Source: Nibricoccus sp.
GTDB taxonomy: Bacteria > Verrucomicrobiota > Verrucomicrobiia > Opitutales > Opitutaceae
Length of the DNA stretch: 64,000 nucleotides
Direction of reading: 5' to 3'
Assembly: GCA_047602425.1 (NCBI GenBank)
Contig: JASGHG010000001.1
Span: 2,400,001-2,464,000 of the forward strand
The notes beneath the pieces were generated by a model, which had not been told where the DNA came from, did no database searches, and saw only the letters and a list, made by a program, of their open reading frames with translations. Below are positions 57,103 to 64,000 of the stretch, in pieces (positions within the stretch are counted from its first letter, which is position 1; every line of letters begins with the position of its first letter). The position numbers and the translations under genes were made by a program.

Positions 57103-58125
57103 ATGACCGACTCGATCACGCTCTTCCCGCTCGCGCAGTATTGGTGGTTTTATGGAGTTTTCACGCTGTTTGTCGTGGCGGTTCTTGCGCTGGATCTCGG
57201 CGTGTTTCATCGGAAGGCACATGAAGTGAGTTTTCGCGAAGCGGCGACCTGGTCGGTGGTGTGGGTGGCGTTGGCCCTGCTTTTTTGCGCGGGCCTCTAC
57301 TATTATAGTGTGTGGGCATTTGCGCGCGACCCCCGGCTGGTCGCGATCGAGGGTTTTGACGCGACAGCGGCGGCGCGGCAGGTGGGTTTGGAGTTTCTCA
57401 CCGGATATCTGATCGAGGAAACGCTTTCGGTGGATAACATATTCATTTTTGCCGTAGTGTTTAACTATTTTGCGATTCCGCGCATGTACCAGCATCGCGT
57501 GCTGTTTTTCGGGATCTTGGGAGCGATTGTTTTTCGCGTACTGTTTATCGCGCTGGGCGCGGCGCTGATGCGGTTCCACGCGGTGATCTGGATCTTTGGC
57601 GGATTCTTGGTCGTGACGGGCCTGAAATTGCTATTGGCGCCCGAAAAACCGATCGAGCCTGAGAAGAATTTCGTGATCAGACTACTGCGGCGCGTGCTTC
57701 CGGTGACGCCCGCCTTGGATGGGCAGAAATTTTTCGTGAGAAAGGACAGTCTGTTGCACGCGACGCCGCTCTTTGTATGTTTGGTGCTGTTGGAGATGAC
57801 GGATATCGTTTTCGCAATCGATTCGGTGCCGGCGATCTTTGCGATCACCAAGGAGCCGCTGATCGTTTTCACCTCGAACATTTTTGCGATTCTCGGATTG
57901 CGCGCCATGTTCTTCCTGCTCGCGGGCGTGATGCACCGCTTTTACCTGCTTAAATATGGACTGGGCGTGATTCTGATATTCGTGGGCCTCAAAATGGCGT
58001 GGCTCAACGAGGCCTTTGGCGGCAAATTTCCGATCGGCTGGTCGCTCGGAATTATTGGCGGTGTGCTCGCGGTTTCGGTTGCCGCGTCACTGCTCTGGCC
58101 GGCGTCGTCTCACGGGAAGAAATAA
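57103..58125 (+). CDS. TerC/Alx family membrane protein
   Basis: GYLIE..LSVDN, QHRVL..GI.GA, D.VFA.DS.PA, SN.FAILGLR. Confidence 0.92.
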   Translation: MTDSITLFPLAQYWWFYGVFTLFVVAVLALDLGVFHRKAHEVSFREAATWSVVWVALALLFCAGLYYYSVWAFARDPRLVAIEGFDATAAARQVGLEFLTGYLIEETLSVDNIFIFAVVFNYFAIPRMYQHRVLFFGILGAIVFRVLFIALGAALMRFHAVIWIFGGFLVVTGLKLLLAPEKPIEPEKNFVIRLLRRVLPVTPALDGQKFFVRKDSLLHATPLFVCLVLLEMTDIVFAIDSVPAIFAITKEPLIVFTSNIFAILGLRAMFFLLAGVMHRFYLLKYGLGVILIFVGLKMAWLNEAFGGKFPIGWSLGIIGGVLAVSVAASLLWPASSHGKK

Positions 58126-58781
58126 TGGCGCAGGGCCTGCATGGCTCTTTGCACCGATTCTCCCAGCAGAAAAAAATACGCGACGCCGGCCGCAAAGACA
58201 ACGTGTCCGGCCAGCACGAATAATCCGTCACGCTCCAAGAGCCCGCAGGCGAGGAGCATGATTGCCCACGCCGGGAAGGTGTTTGTGAAAGGGATCGGCA
58301 GCGGCAGCAGGAGGGCGAGCCCTGCGAGGCAGATCGCAAGCGCGTGCAGGCGGCGGAGCACCTCCGTGTTCGTCAACGCGGGCCAGCGGGGCCGCAGCAT
58401 TTTCTCGAAAAACCCCACGATGCGTTGAGTGAACTTGATCAACTTTCCGAAAAATCCGGCGGGCAACTCCGTGCGCAGCAGTTTCTGCGGAAGCATGGGT
58501 TTGAGCCCCAGCGCAAGGCGCAGGCCAATGAACGCCACCACAAGTCCAAACGGTGTTGAAAGTCCGGGCAGCGGAATGGGTGTGCAGAAGGGCAGGCCGA
58601 GCAAAACCAAGAGCAAGAGATAAGCTCTCCCTTGGAGAACTTCGATCACTTCCTGGAGTTGCACGGACCGCTCGGCGAACATTTCCTGCAGGCGGGCCAG
58701 TTCTTCGGACAGTTTTCGCGTTGGCGCGGAGGAGGGGTGGCCGCGGCTGGAATCGGGGTCAGGTGCCGCGTCGGTTACCAT
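58110..58781 (-). CDS. exoD: ExoD family membrane protein
   Basis: LP..P.P.PG.ST.FG; LPLPIPFTN..PA; ERDG. Confidence 0.88.
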   Translation of the reverse strand: MVTDAAPDPDSSRGHPSSAPTRKLSEELARLQEMFAERSVQLQEVIEVLQGRAYLLLLVLLGLPFCTPIPLPGLSTPFGLVVAFIGLRLALGLKPMLPQKLLRTELPAGFFGKLIKFTQRIVGFFEKMLRPRWPALTNTEVLRRLHALAICLAGLALLLPLPIPFTNTFPAWAIMLLACGLLERDGLFVLAGHVVFAAGVAYFFLLGESVQRAMQALRHYFFP

Positions 58782-59451
58782 AGAGTTCGATGTGAAGACG
58801 CGGAGCGTAGCGATAGCCGCGGGTTTTGCAAAGTTCGCTCAACCAGCCCGCACGCGATTGTAACGCGGCCTGCGTCGTTCCCTCGGGCATAAGCAGAACT
58901 TTGGCGGGCGCAATCGGTTCGTTGAGTTCGCGGAGCAGCGATTCGATCTCATCCACGTCCGAGGCGGAGGCGACGACGAATTTCAATTGAAAGGGATGAT
59001 TTCGCACCCATGCGCGAATGACGTCGGGCTGCCAGCGCGTTTGTTCGTGACGTTCACGCCAGGCGGTGGGCAAGCGTCCGTCGGGAGCGGAATTGCTCAG
59101 CTTAGGACTCAGTGAAGCGAGGTCGCACGCGATGCCCTCCGGTGCCACGGTCGCCGCCGTTTCAATCGTGATATGATGGCCAAGTTTTTTGATTTCGGCG
59201 GCGAGTTGACGAATTTCGGCGGCGATCATCGGCTCGCCCCCAGTGAGAACGACGTGGCGCGCGGGATGGACGGAGATTTGTTCGAGGATTTGGTCGATGG
59301 AGAGTTGTTCCCCTTCGGGATTCCATGAGGCAAACGGCGTGTCGCACCAGTTGCAGCGTAAGTTGCATCCTGAGAGTCGCACGAAAACCGAAGGCACGCC
59401 GAGTAATTCGCCTTCGCCTTGCAGGGAATAAAAAATTTCGGAGACCAGCAT
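58759..59451 (-). CDS. queE: 7-carboxy-7-deazaguanine synthase
   Basis: EIFYSLQGEG, GCNLRCNWCDT, TGGEP, SPKL. Confidence 0.92.
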   Translation of the reverse strand: MLVSEIFYSLQGEGELLGVPSVFVRLSGCNLRCNWCDTPFASWNPEGEQLSIDQILEQISVHPARHVVLTGGEPMIAAEIRQLAAEIKKLGHHITIETAATVAPEGIACDLASLSPKLSNSAPDGRLPTAWRERHEQTRWQPDVIRAWVRNHPFQLKFVVASASDVDEIESLLRELNEPIAPAKVLLMPEGTTQAALQSRAGWLSELCKTRGYRYAPRLHIELYGNRRGT

Positions 59452-59458
59452 CGCGGAG

Positions 59459-60148
59459 TCAGTTGGAGGAAGGTTTTGGCGGCAACGGTGCGTGCGAGGC
59501 GTACAAGGTTGGGTCGTTGATACCGGCTTCAATGAAGGCTTCGCGTCGTTCCACGCACGTGCCACAAGTGCCACAATGAATGGCGCCGCCTTTGTAACAC
59601 GACCAGGTGCGTTTGTAGTCGACGCCAAGTCGTGCGCCCTCAGCGGCGATTTGGCCTTTGTTCATGGCGATAAACGGCCGCAGAAGTTTGATGCCCGGAT
59701 AAGTGCCGAGGCGCATGGCATCGCCCATCGCCTGCATGAATTCCTCGCGACAGTCCGGGTAGATCGCGTGGTCGCCGCCGTGCGCCGCGATGACGAGTCC
59801 TTCGGCACCGACGCTTTCGGCGAAACCAGTGGCTACCGACAGCATGATGGCGTTCCGGAATGGCACCACGGTCTGTTTCATCGTGGCGTGTTCGTAGTGC
59901 CCGTCTGGAATTTTTCCGCCCGAAGCGAGGAGGTCCGACGCGAAGAGCCGGTTCATGAAATCGAGTGCAACAACTTCGTGCCTCAGGCCGAGGTTGGCCG
60001 CGTGTTCGGCCGCGAAGGGAAGTTCACGAGGGTTGTGTTTCGAGCCATAGTCGAAACTCAACGATGCCACGACGTCATGTTCGCGACGCGCCCGGTAAAG
60101 GGCCGTCACGGAGTCCATGCCACCGGAGCAGAGCACTACAACTTTCAT
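59459..60148 (-). CDS. queC: 7-cyano-7-deazaguanine synthase
   Basis: SGGMDS, VPFRN, YPDCR, TWSCY, CGTCGTC..R. Confidence 0.95.
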   Translation of the reverse strand: MKVVVLCSGGMDSVTALYRARREHDVVASLSFDYGSKHNPRELPFAAEHAANLGLRHEVVALDFMNRLFASDLLASGGKIPDGHYEHATMKQTVVPFRNAIMLSVATGFAESVGAEGLVIAAHGGDHAIYPDCREEFMQAMGDAMRLGTYPGIKLLRPFIAMNKGQIAAEGARLGVDYKRTWSCYKGGAIHCGTCGTCVERREAFIEAGINDPTLYASHAPLPPKPSSN

Positions 60149-60246
60149 TGTCATCCGGCAGAAAAGCACAACAATCACAGAAAACAAAGCTTCTCTGCCG
60201 GCCTTTCGCGCCGGCTTTACTTTTCCCCTTTTTGCCGGTCCTGCTC

Positions 60247-61104
60247 ATGATCATATTTCACGATCCTCACTGTGCCGATTACGGCGCAACGGCACATCAG
60301 GAAAAACCGGCCCGGGTCTCCGCCACGGTTGCGCGTCTTCGGGCCAATCACCTCGATTGGCAGTGGCGCCTGCCGCCCCTCGCAGACGAATCTGTGTTGA
60401 AGCTCGTGCATTCGCCGCAACACCTCGAACGCCTCCAGTACGCCCACGATTTCGACGAAGATACGCCTTATTTCGAGAACATCTATGAGCATGCCCGTCG
60501 TTCGGTCGGTTCTGCGCTCGCGGCGATGGAGGCGGTGCTGACCGAAAATAAAAAAGTATTTTCGCTCATGCGTCCGCCCGGTCATCATGCGTTGCCGTCG
60601 CAGGCGATGGGTTTTTGTTATTTAAACCAAGTCGCGATCGCGGTTGTGGCGGCGCGCCAGCGTGGCTTGGGACGTGTCGCGGTGTGGGATTTCGATGCGC
60701 ATCACGGCAACGGCACGGAGGACATTCTCCACGATCGCGAAGGCGTGCTCTTTGTGGATGTGCATCAGGATAAAACGTATCCAGGCACTGGACACATTTC
60801 CTCAGGCAATTGTCGCAACTACTGCATCCCGCCGCACGCGCCGCGCGAGGAGCACCTAGCCGCGTTGCAGCGCTCCTTTAACGAAGTGCAAGCCTTCAAA
60901 CCCGAGCTGCTCTTTGTCTCGGCGGGATTCGATGCCTACGCGAAGGACCCGATCACGGAAATGGCGCTTGAGGTCGCGGACTATGCCACGTTGGGGCGCT
61001 GGCTTGCGGAAGCGAAGCTTCCCACGGTTGCTGTGCTCGAAGGTGGCTATAGTGGGGATGTGCCGGAACTTGTAGATTCGTTTTTGACCGCGTGGGCTGA
61101 GTAG
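60247..61104 (+). CDS. Histone deacetylase family protein
   Basis: RPPGHHA, GFC, DFDAHHGNGT, SAGFD, LEGGY. Confidence 0.93.
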   Translation: MIIFHDPHCADYGATAHQEKPARVSATVARLRANHLDWQWRLPPLADESVLKLVHSPQHLERLQYAHDFDEDTPYFENIYEHARRSVGSALAAMEAVLTENKKVFSLMRPPGHHALPSQAMGFCYLNQVAIAVVAARQRGLGRVAVWDFDAHHGNGTEDILHDREGVLFVDVHQDKTYPGTGHISSGNCRNYCIPPHAPREEHLAALQRSFNEVQAFKPELLFVSAGFDAYAKDPITEMALEVADYATLGRWLAEAKLPTVAVLEGGYSGDVPELVDSFLTAWAE

Positions 61105-61122
61105 TGTTTTGCTTTCCGTTCC

Positions 61123-62268
61123 TTGAACGCCACGCCTGCCTACCAACTTGTCGAAAATTCCGCGCAACTCGCGCCGCTCCTCGCCGCACTTGACCGAACC
61201 GAGGAAGCCGCTGTCGACACCGAGGCCGACAACCTTTACCACTACCGGACGCGGGTTTGCCTGCTGCAGTTTTTTGTCGCCGGGGAAATTTATCTGGTCG
61301 ACGTGCTTGCCCCCGAGCTCGACCTCGAACCGCTTTGGGAGCGCCTCGCGAAGAAACATCTGCTCATGCATGGCAGCGATTTTGACCTGCGCCTGCTGCA
61401 CGATCTCCGCGGTTTTAGAGCAAAGAGCATGTTCGACACCATGCTCGCCGCACAGCTTCTGAATCGCCAACGCATCGGGCTTGCCGCTTTGCTGGAGGAA
61501 CATTTCGACGTCGCCCTCGACAAGGATTCCCAAAAAGCCAACTGGTCAAAACGTCCTCTTTCCAAGCGGCTCCTCGATTACGCCGCGCTGGATGTTTATT
61601 ATCTGCCGAGACTGCGCGACATTCTCACGCACGAACTCGCAAAACTCCAGCGACTCGAATGGCTCGACCAGCAATGTCAGCGGCAAATCGAAGCCGCCGC
61701 CGCCGGTTTTCCCGGCAACGACGAAAACGCCTGGCGCATTGGCCGCTCCGAACGCCTGCACTCGCACGGTCTCGCCGTTCTGCACGCAGTCTGGCACTGG
61801 CGCGAAGAATGGGCGCGCAAACTTGATGTCCCGCCTTTCAAAGTCACCGGCAACGAACTCCTGATGAAGATGGCCGATGCCGCAGACCACGGCCTTTCCG
61901 TCCGCGCCATTCTCGAAACCGTCCACCTCGGCAAACGCCACGAACGCCTTGCGTCCAGCCTCGCCGCCGCGCTCGAGGCAGGTTTTGCCCGCGATCCGCA
62001 CACGCTTCCGCGTCGCCGGGGGCGCAATCCTGACATTCAACCCCTTTCTGCCGCCGAACTCGCTTTGCAGGACAGCCTCAAGGCCGACCGGGATCGCGTT
62101 GCCGCGCGTATTCAAATTGACCCTACACTCATAGCGAATCGTGCCCAACTCGCCTTGATTGCGCGGGCGCCCGACAAGCTCGACGAGTTTCTCCTTCCCT
62201 GGCAGGCCGGCCTCCTGCGCAACGAACCCTCGCTCAACCCCGCCAGCCCGGAAACACCGCCGGCCTGA
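61123..62268 (+). CDS. rnd: Ribonuclease D (DEDD + HRDC)
   Basis: AVDTE, CLLQ, FDTMLAA, W..RPL, YAALD, WRE..AR..D.PPF. Confidence 0.88.
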   Translation: MNATPAYQLVENSAQLAPLLAALDRTEEAAVDTEADNLYHYRTRVCLLQFFVAGEIYLVDVLAPELDLEPLWERLAKKHLLMHGSDFDLRLLHDLRGFRAKSMFDTMLAAQLLNRQRIGLAALLEEHFDVALDKDSQKANWSKRPLSKRLLDYAALDVYYLPRLRDILTHELAKLQRLEWLDQQCQRQIEAAAAGFPGNDENAWRIGRSERLHSHGLAVLHAVWHWREEWARKLDVPPFKVTGNELLMKMADAADHGLSVRAILETVHLGKRHERLASSLAAALEAGFARDPHTLPRRRGRNPDIQPLSAAELALQDSLKADRDRVAARIQIDPTLIANRAQLALIARAPDKLDEFLLPWQAGLLRNEPSLNPASPETPPA

Positions 62269-62272
62269 GTCA

Positions 62273-64000
62273 ATGTCCGCCTCCGCCAATATCGCGCAAC
62301 ACCTGCCCCTGATGGCGGAGCGCCAGCCGGCCCGGCCCGCATTGAAAATTCCACGCGGTCGCACCGCGCGGGGAGACATCGATTATCTCACGCTCAACTT
62401 TGCCGAACTCGACGCCGAGGTCGACACCTGGGCCTCCCACCTGCGCAATCGCGGAGTCGCGACCGGCGATAGGACCTTGGTGATGGTTCGGCAAGGCCTT
62501 CCGCTGATTGCGGCGGCCTTCGCGCTTTTTAAAATTGGTGCCGTGCCGATCGTGATCGATCCTGGCATGGGCTTGAAAAGTTTTCTCGCCTGCGTCGGCC
62601 GTTCGCAGCCGCGGGTGTTGCTTGGAATTCCCTTCGCGCAAATCATCAGCCGCATAGCGCGAAACTCTTTTCGCAGTGTGCAGGTACGTGTGACGGCTAG
62701 CGGTAATCCTCTGGCTCGTCGCGAGCACTCTTTTTCGCCCAACAATTCGCGTCCCGCGCCGGTGGCCCGCAGCGCCGCCGATCTCGCGGCCATCCTGTTC
62801 ACTTCCGGTTCCACGGGCGCCCCGAAGGGCGTTTGCTATGAGCACGGCATGTTCGACGCGCAGATTCGTCTCATTCAGGAGACTTATGTAATCGAACCAG
62901 GCGAAATCGACCTGCCCATGTTGCCGATCTTCGCGCTTTTCAATCCCGCGCTCGGCATGACGACCATCGTTCCGGAGATTGATCCGAGCAAACCCGCGCA
63001 AGTTGACCCCGCCAAAATTGTGCAAGCCATCCAGCAGGAAGGCGTGACCAACTCCTTTGGCTCGCCAACCCTTTGGGGAAAAATCGCCGACCACTGCCTC
63101 GCTCGTGATATCACCTTGCCAAGCCTGAAACGTGTCTTGTGCGCCGGCGCGCCCGTGCCCGCGCCCCTCTGGGAAAAATCGCTGCGCCTCCTGCCCAACG
63201 GCCAACTCCACAGCCCGTACGGCGCCACCGAATCTTTACCGATAAGCACTGTCTCGGCTTCCGAAATCCTCGCACTGGGACAAATCCCCCCGAAGCCTGT
63301 TTGTAATTCATTAGATGACAAACTGCCTGTTTCAGCAGTGCCGGTAGTTCAGAAAGATTGTCATCTAATGAATGACAAACGTATTGCTGCAATTTCTCAG
63401 AATGGCGCCTGCGTGGGGCGGCCGGTGCAGGGAATTGAGGTGAAGATCGTCGCCGTCTCTGATGGGCCGATAGCTACGTTTGCGGAGGTGCGCGAACTTC
63501 CGACGGGCGAGATTGGCGAGATCATTGTCAGCGGTCCGGTGGTGACGAAGGAATACGATGGTCTGCCCGAGGCGACGGCAGCGTCGAAAATTAAGGGCGG
63601 CTCTGGTTTGGTTTGGCATCGGATGGGCGATTGTGGGTACCGCGATGCGGATGGGCGGCTTTGGTTTTGCGGGAGAAAAGCCGAGCGAGTTATTACCGCT
63701 AGCGAAACGTTGTTTACCGAACCTTGTGAACGCGTTTTTCGGCCGCTGCCTGGCGTGGCTCGTTGTGCGCTGATTGGTTTGGGCAAAAAAGGCGCGCAAG
63801 TGCCTGCGTTGGTCGTGCAGCCGACAAAAAAACTTTCCGCAGCCGACGCCGTGGAATTGGCGGGGGCACTTCGCAATCAGGCGAAGCAACACTCGGCGAC
63901 CAAGGGTATCGCGCGTTTTTATTTCCATCCCGATTTTCCGGTGGATGTTCGCCACAACGCCAAAATCCACCGGCTCACGCTCGCCAAGTGGGCGGCGAGC
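62273..64000 (+). CDS. oleC: OleC-like adenylate-forming ligase (runs off window end)
   Basis: Hand translated: NIA, IDPGMG, FTSGSTGAPKG, YGATE.LP, HRMGD.G, WFCGRK, FPVDVRHNAKI.R. Confidence 0.75.
   Translation, partial: MSASANIAQHLPLMAERQPARPALKIPRGRTARGDIDYLTLNFAELDAEVDTWASHLRNRGVATGDRTLVMVRQGLPLIAAAFALFKIGAVPIVIDPGMGLKSFLACVGRSQPRVLLGIPFAQIISRIARNSFRSVQVRVTASGNPLARREHSFSPNNSRPAPVARSAADLAAILFTSGSTGAPKGVCYEHGMFDAQIRLIQETYVIEPGEIDLPMLPIFALFNPALGMTTIVPEIDPSKPAQVDPAKIVQAIQQEGVTNSFGSPTLWGKIADHCLARDITLPSLKRVLCAGAPVPAPLWEKSLRLLPNGQLHSPYGATESLPISTVSASEILALGQIPPKPVCNSLDDKLPVSAVPVVQKDCHLMNDKRIAAISQNGACVGRPVQGIEVKIVAVSDGPIATFAEVRELPTGEIGEIIVSGPVVTKEYDGLPEATAASKIKGGSGLVWHRMGDCGYRDADGRLWFCGRKAERVITASETLFTEPCERVFRPLPGVARCALIGLGKKGAQVPALVVQPTKKLSAADAVELAGALRNQAKQHSATKGIARFYFHPDFPVDVRHNAKIHRLTLAKWAAS
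63299..63380. repeat. 23-bp inverted repeat pair inserted in frame in the OleC-like gene
   Basis: GTTTGTAATTCATTAGATGACAA ... TTGTCATCTAATGAATGACAAAC (1 mismatch). Confidence 0.8.

Overview
Bacterial DNA, probably Verrucomicrobiota/Opitutaceae-like (inferred from gene content; not verified). The left ~35.8 kb is an accessory stress/conflict region with three parts. (i) A MoxR-AAA/vWA ternary-type conflict operon (1-7.5 kb). (ii) A ~12.6 kb NAD+-salvage and ADP-ribose clean-up cluster with an NrtR regulator and a candidate operator. (iii) A LysR gene divergent from a ~11.4 kb RNA-repair/translation-rescue locus. That locus opens with a 51-codon leader ORF containing all 20 amino acids, coupled to a terminator/antiterminator pair. 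It continues with 38 hand-folded tRNA genes covering all 20 amino acids, nearly all with a remodelled D/T-loop elbow and two interrupted in the T-loop by a related ~65-72 nt element. Six Y-RNA-like units lie in front of a Ro60/TROVE gene, and long-range complementary arms bracket the array. HNH nuclease, sigma factor, two unknown genes and rtcB follow. The right ~28 kb is ordinary chromosome (pectate lyase, PEP-CTERM protein, gnd, radical SAM, glutamate synthase-like, feoAAB, PPi-PEPCK-like, TerC, exoD, queCE, HDAC, rnd, OleC-like ligase). All RNA calls were folded by eye, so ends may be off by 1-2 nt. Protein family names come from motif recognition, not database searches.
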